A DNA stretch of 64,000 nt from Coraliomargaritaceae bacterium (GTDB lineage Bacteria; Verrucomicrobiota; Verrucomicrobiia; Opitutales; Coraliomargaritaceae). The notes below the pieces were generated by a model that worked only from the letters and a program-made list of their open reading frames with translations, was not told the origin of the DNA and did no database searches. The DNA lies in the NCBI GenBank assembly GCA_965656495.1, contig CBFHKU010000001.1:210781-274780 (forward strand). Direction: 5' to 3'. Positions within the stretch are counted from its first letter, which is position 1. Each line of letters starts with the position of its first letter. The position numbers were made by a program, and so were the translations under genes. Shown in pieces: positions 50,462-60,259 of this stretch.

Positions 50462-51943
50462 TCATCCTTCGGTGAGCGCCGCGAATTTCGCCTTGGCTTC
50501 GGTCCAGGGCACCTGATCCCCCGGTTCAAAGACTTCCACAATCGAGGAATTCACCACGATCTCGCGGCCTTCCTCGATGCTCGCGATGGCACCGTCCGCC
50601 AACATTTGCGCGAGAATGTTGCCAAGCCCCGTGGCTTCCACCGGACTCGCCTTGACCGTGATGCCAATCGCATTGGCGGCAAATTGATTGAGCAGTTTGT
50701 CCTGACAACCGCCGCCCACGATGTGGAGACTGCGGGGAGGCGTCTCGGTGTAGGTCATCAGTTTTTCCCAAACAACCGAATAGCGCAGGGCGAGGCTTTC
50801 ATAAATCGTGCGAATGATTTCGCCCTTTGTTTCGGGGATCGGTTGCCCGTGCTCGTGGCAGTAGGCCTGAATTTTTTCCGGCATGTCCCCCGCCTTCGCG
50901 AAGCGTGCATCGTCGGGGTTGATCAAGGAGCGGAAGGGCGTGGTTTCCGCCGCAAGGCTCGCCATGCGGTGATAGGGGAGGTCTTCGCCCTGCGCTTTCC
51001 AGTGGCGTTTACATTCCTGGATCAGCCATAGGCCGCAAATGTTTTTCAGGTAGCGGACCGTGCCATTGACCCCAATCTCGTTGGTGAAGTCATCGGCGAA
51101 GGAACGTTCATTGATGACCGGCGCGGGCAGTTCAAGTCCCATCAGTGACCAGGTTCCGCTGCTCAAATAGGCGGGCGTCTCTGCCTTGCTCGGTACCGCC
51201 GCCACCGCGCTTCCGGTGTCGTGACCCGCGACCGTTATGACGTCCACATTTTCAAGTCCGGTGAATTCCGCAACATGCGCGCTCAAGGCTCCCAGTTTCG
51301 AACCGGGGTCGCTGATTCCCTTGAATAATTTGCGCGGTAATCCCAGCGAATTGATTAAATCATAATCCCAATCGCCCGTGCTTGGATTGTAGAGCTGGCT
51401 CGTGCTCGCAACGCTGCGTTCCTGCGTCTTCTTGCCGGTCAACCAGTAGCCGATGAGATCCGGCATGAAGAGGAGATCCTCCGCCTGCTCAAGCGCCGGA
51501 TTCTTTTGCACCACCTCCGAGTAAAGCTGGAAGAGGGTATTGAAGAAAATAAACTGAATCCCGGTGGCCTTGTAGATCTCCTCCTTCGAGACTCGCTCAA
51601 AGGCTTGTTCCATCACGCCATCGGTGCGGCTGTCACGGTATTGGTAGGGGAGACCCAGCAAGCGGCCGTCCTTGTCAAAGAGCCCATAATCCACCCCCCA
51701 GGTGTCCACCCCGAGGCTCACAATCGAATCGGCGTAGCTCTCCGCCGCAAGTTTCAGCCCCTCCAGAATGTTCTGGTAGAGCGCCGTGATATTCCAATGC
51801 CACCCGCTCGGTAACTGTACCGGTACGTTCTCGAAGCGGTTGACCTCATGCAGTTCAATGCGACGGCCATCGAATTCTCCCGCGAGCACCCGTCCGCTGC
51901 CCGCTCCCAAATCAACTGCAAGATAAACTTTTTTTTGGCTCAT
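50462..51943 (-). CDS. rhaB: Rhamnulokinase/fuculokinase family sugar kinase
   Basis: AVDLGAGSGR, DTWGVDY, YRDSRT, HDTGSA, SSGTWSL, NICGLW. Confidence 0.88.
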   Translation of the reverse strand: MSQKKVYLAVDLGAGSGRVLAGEFDGRRIELHEVNRFENVPVQLPSGWHWNITALYQNILEGLKLAAESYADSIVSLGVDTWGVDYGLFDKDGRLLGLPYQYRDSRTDGVMEQAFERVSKEEIYKATGIQFIFFNTLFQLYSEVVQKNPALEQAEDLLFMPDLIGYWLTGKKTQERSVASTSQLYNPSTGDWDYDLINSLGLPRKLFKGISDPGSKLGALSAHVAEFTGLENVDVITVAGHDTGSAVAAVPSKAETPAYLSSGTWSLMGLELPAPVINERSFADDFTNEIGVNGTVRYLKNICGLWLIQECKRHWKAQGEDLPYHRMASLAAETTPFRSLINPDDARFAKAGDMPEKIQAYCHEHGQPIPETKGEIIRTIYESLALRYSVVWEKLMTYTETPPRSLHIVGGGCQDKLLNQFAANAIGITVKASPVEATGLGNILAQMLADGAIASIEEGREIVVNSSIVEVFEPGDQVPWTEAKAKFAALTEG

Positions 51944-51982
51944 GTTGTTTCGTTACTTTTTAAACTTGGTTATGTCGATGCG

Positions 51983-52747
51983 CTATTGTTCCGCAATCGT
52001 TAGTTTCAGGCCACGCTTGCGAATCGCCTCCGCGACCCCGCTCTCAATCCCTGCGTCCGTGATGATGCGGTGGACGCGTTCGACCGGTGCAAAGAAATAT
52101 TCAGACTGTTGGTTGATCTTGCTGGAGTCCATCAAGAGAACAACCTCCTCCGCGAACTGCACAAGGCTCTCCTTGTAGCTCGCCTGTTCCTCGAAACCTT
52201 CGCTGGCGCCCCGTTCAATATCAAACCCAATGCAGGAAATGAAGGCGGTGTGTACCTGATGGCGGCGCAAGGTATTGATGCTGTCCCCGCCGATAAAGGT
52301 GTGCGTCTTGGGATGGTAGCGACCCCCGGTTGAAATCAAATCGACCGCTTCCTTCAGGATCAGTTGCTCCAGAATCGCAAAAGCGTTCGTCACGACCCGA
52401 AAGGGGAGGTCGGGCAAAATCGCCACGAGGGCGCAGGCGGTGGTGCTGCTGTCAAAGGCGTAGGTGCGCTGAGGCTGAATGAGTTTTAACGCCTCCCGCG
52501 CAATCGCCTCCTTCGCCTCTATGTTCAAATGACTGCGTTCGCTGAAGGAGCGCAGTTTCGATTTTCCGTTTAAACTGCTCGCCCCGCCGTGGATGCGTTT
52601 TAACTGCTCCTCGTCCGACAAAACTTGCAAATCACGGCGGATCGTCTCGTCCGTTACCTGAAATTCTTCCGCTAAATCCACCGTCCTAACAATCCCACGC
52701 TGGTCCAGCAGGGTGAGAATTTGTTGTTGGCGTTCCGGTGCAAGCAT
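51983..52747 (-). CDS. DeoR/GlpR family transcriptional regulator (PVM locus regulator)
   Basis: VTDETIRRDL HTH, HGGA, DSSTT, VVTNA, DSSK. Confidence 0.93.
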   Translation of the reverse strand: MLAPERQQQILTLLDQRGIVRTVDLAEEFQVTDETIRRDLQVLSDEEQLKRIHGGASSLNGKSKLRSFSERSHLNIEAKEAIAREALKLIQPQRTYAFDSSTTACALVAILPDLPFRVVTNAFAILEQLILKEAVDLISTGGRYHPKTHTFIGGDSINTLRRHQVHTAFISCIGFDIERGASEGFEEQASYKESLVQFAEEVVLLMDSSKINQQSEYFFAPVERVHRIITDAGIESGVAEAIRKRGLKLTIAEQ

Positions 52748-52754
52748 CGTTTCG

Positions 52755-52850
52755 ATTTGGAAAAATTTAGGAATATTGTTGGATTATTTGGAAAATAGGC
52801 AAGTAAAAGGTTGACTTTTCCCCAAAAAATTCAAATTTTCCCACAAAAAC
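52755..52850. promoter_or_regulatory. Divergent promoter region with repeated TTGGAAAA / TTTTCCC boxes (putative DeoR operators)
   Basis: ATTTGGAAAA twice, TTTTCCC(C/A) twice, TTGACT at 52811. Confidence 0.45.
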
Positions 52851-52862
52851 AAGCATTTTCAC

Positions 52863-53549
52863 ATGTCAAACCCAAGTAATACAACACTTGACCGCTCCGC
52901 AATAGAGGCGATGGTACGCGCCAGTTTGAGCCGCAACGCCGCTCCGCAAAGCCTTCCTGCCCAACAAGGAAGCGGCCCCAATCCCCTCATTGTTAATTCC
53001 AGCGCCCGGCATTGTCACCTCTCCCAAGAGGCAGTTGAGACGCTTTTCGGCAAAGGTCACGAATTGACCCCCATGAAATGGCTCTACCAGAAAGGGCAAT
53101 ATGCCGCCGAGGAATCCGTCACCCTCATCGGGCCCCGCAGTCGCGTCATTTCCAATCTCCGCATCCTCGGCCCCTGTCGCGATTTCAATCAAGTCGAGTT
53201 GGCGTACACCGATGCGATTTCCCTCGGTTTCAAAGTGCCGGTTCGCAATTCCGGCAACATCGCCGGCACCCCCGGTTGTATGCTCATGGGCCCCGCCGGG
53301 TTCCTTGAAATGGAGGAGGGCGTCATTCGTGCCGCCCCGCACGTGCACATGGCGCCGGAAGATGCCCAGCATTACGGGGTCGAAAACAAATCTTTCATGA
53401 AGCTCGTGGTCGGCGGCGACCTCGGCATGACCTTCGATAATATCTTTGTTCGCGTCGACCCCTCCTTTAAACTCGAGGTGCATATCGACACCGACGAGGC
53501 AAACGCCTGTGGACTCGGCCCGGACGTCCCCTGCAAACTCGTCAAATAA
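52863..53549 (+). CDS. pduL: PduL-type phosphate acyltransferase with N-terminal encapsulation peptide
   Basis: SARHCHLS, LGPCR, PHVHM, HIDTDEANA; N-terminal amphipathic helix RSAIEAMVRASL. Confidence 0.92.
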   Translation: MSNPSNTTLDRSAIEAMVRASLSRNAAPQSLPAQQGSGPNPLIVNSSARHCHLSQEAVETLFGKGHELTPMKWLYQKGQYAAEESVTLIGPRSRVISNLRILGPCRDFNQVELAYTDAISLGFKVPVRNSGNIAGTPGCMLMGPAGFLEMEEGVIRAAPHVHMAPEDAQHYGVENKSFMKLVVGGDLGMTFDNIFVRVDPSFKLEVHIDTDEANACGLGPDVPCKLVK

Positions 53550-53602
53550 TCAACCTTTCCGTATCAAAATCTCAAACAACCCAAACCAAACCATAACATA
53601 TC

Positions 53603-53866
53603 ATGAGTGAATCCATTGGATTGATCGAAACGAAGGGCCTCACCGGTTCTATCGAAGCGAGTGACGCCATGGCCAAAGCGGCCTCCGTTGCTCTTGTCAA
53701 GCAAGTCGCCATCGGCGGCGGCTTTCTCACCGTTCTCGTCAAAGGCGACGTCGGCAGCGTAAAAGCTGCGGTTGAAGCCGGTGCCGAGGCCGCCAACCGC
53801 GTCGGAGAGCTCGTGGCCTCCAACGTCATCGCACGTCCCCACCAGGATCTGCTCAAATACTTTTAA
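53603..53866 (+). CDS. BMC-H hexameric shell protein
   Basis: IGLIETKG, DAMAKAA, GDVGSVKAAV, VIARPH. Confidence 0.95.
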   Translation: MSESIGLIETKGLTGSIEASDAMAKAASVALVKQVAIGGGFLTVLVKGDVGSVKAAVEAGAEAANRVGELVASNVIARPHQDLLKYF

Positions 53867-53901
53867 AGAGCATTATACACTTAACTAAGGAGAAAAATAT
53901 T

Positions 53902-54180
53902 ATGGCTAAACAAGCAATAGGAATGATCGAATGCAAAGGCCTCATCTGTCTGATGGAAGCTGCAGACGCTGCCCTCAAGGCCGCAGACGTATCCATGACC
54001 GGCTGGGAAAAAATCGGCTCGGGACTGGTAACCGGTTTCTTTACCGGTGATGTCGCCGCCGTCAAAGCCGCCATCGAGGCAGGTGCTGAATCCGCCGGAC
54101 AAATCGGTGAAGTCGTTGCAGTGCAGGTAATCCCGCGCCCCCACGACGACCTCGGTAAACTCGGTTCCTGGATCGGGTAA
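53902..54180 (+). CDS. BMC-H hexameric shell protein
   Basis: IGMIECKG, DAALKAA, GDVAAVKAA, VIPRPH. Confidence 0.95.
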   Translation: MAKQAIGMIECKGLICLMEAADAALKAADVSMTGWEKIGSGLVTGFFTGDVAAVKAAIEAGAESAGQIGEVVAVQVIPRPHDDLGKLGSWIG

Positions 54181-54217
54181 ATCCCCGTTCCCGCCCGCCC
54201 GGACGCAACTCCCCCGT

Positions 54218-55399
54218 ATGAAAATCCTCGTCGCCAACCTCGGTTCGACCTCCTTCAAATACCGTCTCTTTGAAATGGGAGCATCCTCTGCGGAACTCCT
54301 CGCGAAGGGCGGTTATGAACGCGTCACCGAATACGCGCCCTGCATTGAGAAAATGCTGGATTCCCTCATCGGGCACGGACACCTCGCCTCCGGCGAGGAT
54401 CTCGACGCGGTCGGTTTCAAGACCGTGCTCGGGAAAGATCTGAGTGGTTGCGTGGAAGCCGATGACGCTGTACTCGAGGCGCTCGCAGGCTTCAAGGAAG
54501 TCGCTCCGGCGCACAACCCCGCCTATGCGGAGGGGATCCGTTGTTTCGAGCAACGACTCCCCGGAGTCAAACGGGTGGCGCTCTTTGAGACCGCCTTTTA
54601 TCAATGGCTGGAACCCGCCAATTACAACTATGCCATTCCCGCCGCCTGGCGTGAACTCGGCATCCGGCGTTACGGTTTTCACGGTGCCAGCCATAAATTC
54701 ATCGCGGAGCGCAGTGCCGAATTGCTCGAGCGCGAAGACGTCGCCCAGCGGGTGCGCGGCCTTTACCAAAACGGCCCCGGCGATTTTAACGCCAAAGCCC
54801 ACCGCGTTATCTCATGCCATTTGGGCGGCAGCAGTTCCGTTACCGGCATCCGCGACGGCGTTGCCATCGGCACCAGTATGGGCTTCAGCCCGCAAAGCGG
54901 ACTGCCCCAAAACAACCGCGTCGGGGATCTCGATTCCATGGCAATTCCCTACGCTACAAAAATGCTCGGCATTTCCGTGGAAGAAGCGGAACGCCAACTC
55001 AACAAAGAGAGCGGGCTCCTCGGACTCTCCGGGGTCAGCAACGATTCCCGCGACATTGAGGCCGCTGCCGCCGAGGGCAATTCCGATGCCATCCTCGCGC
55101 AGGATGTCCTCATCGAAAGCATCCGTCACTGGGCCGGTGCCTTCTTCTTTAAAATGGGTGGCGCAGACGCCATCAGCTTTACCGCCGGGATTGGCGAAAA
55201 CAGCCCCGAGCTGCGCACCGCGATTTGCGCCGGCCTCGAAAGTTTCGGGGTGCGCCTCGACGCCCGCGCCAATGGAGCCGCCGTTCACGGCACCGAGGCC
55301 ATCATCTCTGCCCCCGATTCCAAAATCAAAATCCTCGTGATCCCCGCCAACGAAGAACTCGTCATCGCGCGCGAAGTCTACCGCTTTCTCGATCAATAG
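54218..55399 (+). CDS. ackA: Acetate/propionate family kinase (BMC-associated)
   Basis: NLGSTSFKY, APAHNP, RRYGFHGASH, CHLGG, FTAGIGEN, ANEEL. Confidence 0.92.
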   Translation: MKILVANLGSTSFKYRLFEMGASSAELLAKGGYERVTEYAPCIEKMLDSLIGHGHLASGEDLDAVGFKTVLGKDLSGCVEADDAVLEALAGFKEVAPAHNPAYAEGIRCFEQRLPGVKRVALFETAFYQWLEPANYNYAIPAAWRELGIRRYGFHGASHKFIAERSAELLEREDVAQRVRGLYQNGPGDFNAKAHRVISCHLGGSSSVTGIRDGVAIGTSMGFSPQSGLPQNNRVGDLDSMAIPYATKMLGISVEEAERQLNKESGLLGLSGVSNDSRDIEAAAAEGNSDAILAQDVLIESIRHWAGAFFFKMGGADAISFTAGIGENSPELRTAICAGLESFGVRLDARANGAAVHGTEAIISAPDSKIKILVIPANEELVIAREVYRFLDQ

Positions 55400-55458
55400 T
55401 ATCCAATTTCCAAATACATAATCCACTAACCGAATTAATATCCAACCCAACAAATAAC

Positions 55459-55764
55459 ATGGCAAAACAAGCAATCGGAATCCTCGAAACCAAAGGTCTC
55501 GTTGCCCTCGTGCAAGGCACGGATGCAATGCTCAAGGCCGCTAATGTCGAACTCGCTGGCCCCATGAAGGGCGTCGGCAGCGCTCTCGTAAGCGCCACCA
55601 TCACCGGCGACGTCGCCGCGGTTAACGCCGCGATCGAAGCCGGCTCCGACACCGCCGGACAATACGGTGAAGTCGTCAGCGCGCACGTTATCGCACGTCC
55701 CCACGACGATATCACCGCGATTACACCTGCCAAGGCTGCTCCCGCAAAACGGGCCGCCAAGTAA
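55459..55764 (+). CDS. BMC-H hexameric shell protein
   Basis: IGILETKG, DAMLKAA, GDVAAV, VIARPH; start trimmed to MAKQAI. Confidence 0.94.
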   Translation: MAKQAIGILETKGLVALVQGTDAMLKAANVELAGPMKGVGSALVSATITGDVAAVNAAIEAGSDTAGQYGEVVSAHVIARPHDDITAITPAKAAPAKRAAK

Positions 55765-55768
55765 TCCG

Positions 55769-56083
55769 ATGTATCTCGGAAAAGTCATCGGCTCGGTGGT
55801 CGCCACCAAAAAGGACGCGAGCATGAAGGGGCGCAAGCTCCTCATGTTGCGCCCCATGCTGGTCGATCCCGACAAACCCGGGCAATTCAAGCCGGGCAAC
55901 AACACCATTGTGGCGGTCGATACCCTCGGTGCAGGGGAGGGCGAGCTCGTGATGTTCGCCCAAGGCAGTTCCGCGCGGCAGGCCGATGGCCTCAAGGCCC
56001 TCCCGGTCGATGCTGCCATTGTGGGACTGGTCGATTCCGTCGATATCCTCGGTAAAAACACCTATCAGGCAAAAAACAGTTAA
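55769..56083 (+). CDS. BMC-P pentamer (EutN/CcmL family)
   Basis: MYLGKVIGSVVATKK, AVDTLGAGEGE, DAAIVGLVD. Confidence 0.95.
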   Translation: MYLGKVIGSVVATKKDASMKGRKLLMLRPMLVDPDKPGQFKPGNNTIVAVDTLGAGEGELVMFAQGSSARQADGLKALPVDAAIVGLVDSVDILGKNTYQAKNS

Positions 56084-56098
56084 TCCCCACCTCTCTCC

Positions 56099-57565
56099 AT
56101 GAGCCAAATCAACGAAGCCGCGATTCGCAACGTCGTCACTGAAGTCCTCGCCCAACTCCAGACCGGGCAAGCCACTGTCGCGACCGCTCCGCCTCCCGCC
56201 AAGGGTCCATCCATCAAGGCGCGCCCCGGGCGCCATGGCGTCTTTGAGGACGCCGCTTCCGCCGCTGCTGCCGCCCGTTCCGGTTACGAACAGCTCAGCA
56301 AAAAAGGCTGGGCAGCTCGCGCCAAAGTCGTCGATATCGTGAAGCAAATGTGCGCCGATAATGCCGACCGTTGGGGTAAAATCGAATTCGAGGAAACCCA
56401 AATCGGGCGCCTCGATCATAAAATCGCCAAGCTTCACGGCATCAAAAACGTCCTCGGAGTCGAATACCTCACGCCCTACGGCATGAGCGGTGACGCCGGT
56501 ATCACGATGGACGATTCCGCTCCCTGGGGCGTCGTCGGGAGCATCACGCCCGTCACCCATTCCGTCCCTACTTTGGCGGGCAACATCGTCAACATTGTCG
56601 CCGCCGGTAACGCCGTCGTCTTCAACCCCCATCCGGGTGGCGCGGCTTGTGCCGCAGTTGCGACCCACGAATTTAACGAAGCCATCAAGGCGGCCCTCGG
56701 CATCGAAAACCTCGTCACCACCGTCGAGAAGCCTTCCCTCGATTCCTTTAACGAGCTCTGCGCCTCGGAGGATGTCGACCTCCTCGTCATCACCGGTGGT
56801 CCCGGCGTGGTCGATGCCGCTATGAAGACCGGTAAACGCGCGATCTGCGCCGGCCCGGGTAACCCTCCGGTGGTGGTCGACGATTGCCACGCCCTCGATT
56901 TCAATAAAGTCGCAAAAGACATCATCCTCGGTGGCGGCTTTGACAACAACCTCCTCTGCATCGGTGAAAAGCAAATCATCGCAGTCGGTGATTCCTACAA
57001 AAAGACCCTCGACGCCCTCAAGCGCGAAGGCGCGGTTCTCCTCACCAAGCAACAGGCTCAGGCGATTCAAAAGGAAGTCTTTGATACCAAGGAAGGCGCG
57101 GGCGGTTGCTCGCACGCCGTCCTCAACCGCAAATACGTCGGTGCCGACGCCGCCACCCTCGCCGCAATCGCCGGCCTCAAAATCGATCCCAAGACCGAAA
57201 TGCTCATCGCAGAAACCGGCGCGGACGACCTCTTCGTCGAAGAGGAGCAAATGATGCCGCTCCTGCCCATCATTCACGCCGGGTGCTTCCCCGAGGCAGT
57301 CCGCATCGCGAAGGCTTCCGAGCACGGCTACAAACACTCCGCCATGGTGCATACCATGAACGTCTCCAATATGACCTACATGGCGCAGGCGATGGACACG
57401 ACCCTCTTTGTGAAGAACGGTCCCTGTGTCGCCGGTCTCGGAATGGGCGGCGAAGGCTATATCAGCTTCTCCATCGCCACCACCACCGGCGAGGGCATCA
57501 CCACTCCCCGCACCTTCACCCGTTACCGCCGCTGCACCCTCGTTGATCAGCTCAACCTTTTCTAA
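56099..57565 (+). CDS. CoA-acylating aldehyde dehydrogenase (EutE/PduP family) with encapsulation peptide
   Basis: PWGVVGSITPVTH, TGGPGVV, AGPGNPP, DNNLLCIGEK, TGEG; N-terminal helix EAAIRNVVTEVLAQL. Confidence 0.94.
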   Translation: MSQINEAAIRNVVTEVLAQLQTGQATVATAPPPAKGPSIKARPGRHGVFEDAASAAAAARSGYEQLSKKGWAARAKVVDIVKQMCADNADRWGKIEFEETQIGRLDHKIAKLHGIKNVLGVEYLTPYGMSGDAGITMDDSAPWGVVGSITPVTHSVPTLAGNIVNIVAAGNAVVFNPHPGGAACAAVATHEFNEAIKAALGIENLVTTVEKPSLDSFNELCASEDVDLLVITGGPGVVDAAMKTGKRAICAGPGNPPVVVDDCHALDFNKVAKDIILGGGFDNNLLCIGEKQIIAVGDSYKKTLDALKREGAVLLTKQQAQAIQKEVFDTKEGAGGCSHAVLNRKYVGADAATLAAIAGLKIDPKTEMLIAETGADDLFVEEEQMMPLLPIIHAGCFPEAVRIAKASEHGYKHSAMVHTMNVSNMTYMAQAMDTTLFVKNGPCVAGLGMGGEGYISFSIATTTGEGITTPRTFTRYRRCTLVDQLNLF

Positions 57566-57571
57566 TAATCC

Positions 57572-57832
57572 ATGATTCTCGCCCGCATCGACGGACACGC
57601 TACCGCCAGCGTTGCCCACCCAAGCCTCAAAGGACAAAAAATCGTCCTTTGTACGCCCATTGATGCAGACGGCAAAGCCACCGGTAACCCCATCGCGGCG
57701 CTCGACCCGCTCAGCAGCGGCAAACACAGCCGCGTCTTTATCACCACCGACGGTTCATGGAGCCAAAACACTCTCCACGACGAGACCTCGCCCATCCGCA
57801 ATCAGGTCATCGGCATCATCGACTCACAATGA
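57572..57832 (+). CDS. BMC-P pentamer (EutN/CcmL family)
   Basis: MILARIDG, HPSLKG, VIGIID. Confidence 0.85.
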   Translation: MILARIDGHATASVAHPSLKGQKIVLCTPIDADGKATGNPIAALDPLSSGKHSRVFITTDGSWSQNTLHDETSPIRNQVIGIIDSQ

Positions 57833-58122
57833 AACCCGGACGCGTCATCGGAAACGTAACTCTCAGCCAGGCCGCTTCCCAATTCAAGGGCGCGCGCTGG
57901 CTCCTTGTTGCGCCCATGGGCCCCGCCGAGTTGACCGACCAACGCCTCTACGGCAACGAATCCAGCCCGGTGGTCTACGACAAACTCGGCGCGGGGGTGG
58001 GGGACCCGATCCTCTATGTGGAGGGCGCCGAAGCCACTCAACCCTTCGAGGACAATATCCCCCTCGATGCTATCACCGTCGCGCTGGTCGACACCTACGA
58101 TTTTTCTCAACCGGAACTTTAA
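57829..58122 (+). CDS. BMC-P pentamer (EutN/CcmL family)
   Basis: GRVIGNVTLS, YDKLGAGVGD, EGAEA, PLDA; ATGA overlap with the previous gene. Confidence 0.88.
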   Translation: MKPGRVIGNVTLSQAASQFKGARWLLVAPMGPAELTDQRLYGNESSPVVYDKLGAGVGDPILYVEGAEATQPFEDNIPLDAITVALVDTYDFSQPEL

Positions 58123-58146
58123 AACAAACAACTTATATTTAATATT

Positions 58147-59235
58147 ATGAGCAAACTCTACACCGCCAAAGAATTGGAGCGCATGTTGAAAAATGGTGAG
58201 TCCCTCGCCAGCGTTCCTGCCAACGCAAAACTGACGCCGATGGCGCGCGACATCCTGCGCCAGCACCGCAAAAACGGGAAGAGCGCCGCCGCGCCCGCCG
58301 CTGCTGCCCCGCAGGGCCAGAGCCCCCGCATCCACGAACCCGTCCTCCCCGACGCGGAATACAACTGGACCCCCGGCGGCGACCCCAAAAACGCCCGCGA
58401 TCTCGAGAAATTTTTCTATTCCCCTGAAATCCAGGCCATCAAGGAACGCATCTGCCATATCGGTAAACGCATCTGGAACAAAGGCTATGTCGACGGCAAC
58501 GGCGGCAACATCACGGTGCGCGTCGGCGACAACCTCGTCCTTTGTACACCCACCCTTATCTCCAAAGGCTTCATGACCCCCGACGATATCTGCATGGTCG
58601 ATCTCGACGGCAACCAAGTCGCCGGCACCCGTCCGCGCACCTCCGAGGTCAACACCCACCTCGGCATCATGAAAAACGAGCCCAAGGCGAAATCCTGCGT
58701 GCACGCGCACCCCGTTTACGCCACCGCCTTCGCGGTCGCGGGCGTCACCCCGCCGTCCTGCCTCATCCCCGAGCCCGAAGTCTTCCTCGGTGAGATCGGT
58801 TTCGCTTCCTACCAGACCCCCGGCACCCCCGAGAACGCCAAGGAAGTCGGCCAACTCGCCAAAAAACACCAGTCCATCCTCATGCAAAACCACGGCGTCA
58901 TCTGCTGGGGTAAAGATGTCGAAGATGCCTACTGGAAAATGGAAAACACCGACGCCTTCTGCCAAACCGTTTCCATCACCATGCAAATCGGCGGCCCCAA
59001 ACAATACGGCCCCGACAAACTCAAGGAACTCATCGTCCTGCGCAAAAAACTCGGCATGCCCGACCACCGCCTCGACGAGCTCAAAGAATGCGAACTCTGC
59101 GATGCCGCCGATTACACCGTCACCACCGCGCCGCAACCCGCCGCCTGTTCCTGTGAAATGCCCGCCGCAAATGCCCCCGTCGATGAAGCTTTAGTTCAGA
59201 AAATTACTGACATCATCATGGAAAAGTTGAAATAA
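58147..59235 (+). CDS. Class II aldolase (fuculose/rhamnulose-1-phosphate aldolase-like) with extra N-terminal domain and C-terminal encapsulation peptide
   Basis: GNITVR, TPT, TSE, HAHP, NHG; C-terminal [16 protein letters not shown]. Confidence 0.92.
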   Translation: MSKLYTAKELERMLKNGESLASVPANAKLTPMARDILRQHRKNGKSAAAPAAAAPQGQSPRIHEPVLPDAEYNWTPGGDPKNARDLEKFFYSPEIQAIKERICHIGKRIWNKGYVDGNGGNITVRVGDNLVLCTPTLISKGFMTPDDICMVDLDGNQVAGTRPRTSEVNTHLGIMKNEPKAKSCVHAHPVYATAFAVAGVTPPSCLIPEPEVFLGEIGFASYQTPGTPENAKEVGQLAKKHQSILMQNHGVICWGKDVEDAYWKMENTDAFCQTVSITMQIGGPKQYGPDKLKELIVLRKKLGMPDHRLDELKECELCDAADYTVTTAPQPAACSCEMPAANAPVDEALVQKITDIIMEKLK

Positions 59236-59263
59236 TAAGGATTCCTTCAACGAAAAACGCTTT

Positions 59264-60259
59264 ATGAAAAAAGATCCAATTCGAGTCGCAGTCACAGGCG
59301 CCGCCGGTAACATCGGTTACGCCCTCCTTTTCCGCATCGCGTCCGGCGCGATGTTCGGCCCCGACCAACCGGTCGCCCTCAATCTCATCGAGATTGAGCC
59401 GGGTCTCGCACCCCTCAAGGGCGTCGCCATGGAACTCGACGACTGCGCCTTCCCCCTCCTCACCGAAATCGTCCAGACCGCCGACCTCAACGAAGGCTTC
59501 AAGGACGTCGACTGGGCACTCCTCGTTGGATCCGTTCCCCGCAAACAGGGCATGGAACGCGCCGACCTCCTCGGCATCAACGGCAAAGTCTTCGTCGGGC
59601 AGGGCAAGGCCATCAATGACAACGCCAAACCCTCCGTCCGCGTCGTGGTCGTCGGCAACCCCTGCAATACCAATTGCCTCATCGCCATGACCAGCGCCCC
59701 CGATATCCCCAACGAGCAATTCTTCGCGATGACCCGCCTCGACGAAAACCGCGCCAAGACCCAGCTCGCCCAACAAGCCGGCGTCCCCGTCTCCGAGGTC
59801 ACCGAACTCTGCGTCTGGGGCAACCACAGCCCCAGCATGTTCCCCGATTTCTACAACGCCAAAATCGGACGCCAACCCGCCGATAAAGTCATCGGCGACG
59901 AAGCCTGGCTCAAGGAAACCTTTGTCCCCACCGTCGGACAACGCGGCAAGGCCATCATCGACGCCCGAGGCGCTTCCTCTGCCGCCTCCGCCGCCAACGC
60001 GGTGGTCGATACCGTCCGCGACCTCGTCACCCCCACCCGGGGCGGCTTCCATTCCGTCTGCGTCGTCTCCGGCGGTGAATACGACACCCCCGCCGGGATC
60101 ATCACCTCCCTTCCCATCAAAGTCGACGGCGTCGGCAAATGGCGCGTTGTCGAAGGGCTCCAGCTCAACGACTACGCCAAGGCCCAGATCAAAGCCTCCA
60201 ACGACGAACTCCTCGAAGAGCGCAAACTCGCCTTCGGCCAGCTCGGACTTCAGGTTTAA
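59264..60259 (+). CDS. mdh: NAD-dependent malate dehydrogenase (type 2)
   Basis: [61 protein letters not shown]. Confidence 0.93.
   Translation: MKKDPIRVAVTGAAGNIGYALLFRIASGAMFGPDQPVALNLIEIEPGLAPLKGVAMELDDCAFPLLTEIVQTADLNEGFKDVDWALLVGSVPRKQGMERADLLGINGKVFVGQGKAINDNAKPSVRVVVVGNPCNTNCLIAMTSAPDIPNEQFFAMTRLDENRAKTQLAQQAGVPVSEVTELCVWGNHSPSMFPDFYNAKIGRQPADKVIGDEAWLKETFVPTVGQRGKAIIDARGASSAASAANAVVDTVRDLVTPTRGGFHSVCVVSGGEYDTPAGIITSLPIKVDGVGKWRVVEGLQLNDYAKAQIKASNDELLEERKLAFGQLGLQV

Noticed and set aside
55721..57727. 668-aa minus-strand ORF, and similar long antisense ORFs at 21309-23048, 42616-44229, 57802-59136 and 59216-60403
   Set aside because: Shadow frames opposite well-supported, codon-biased genes; no recognisable motifs
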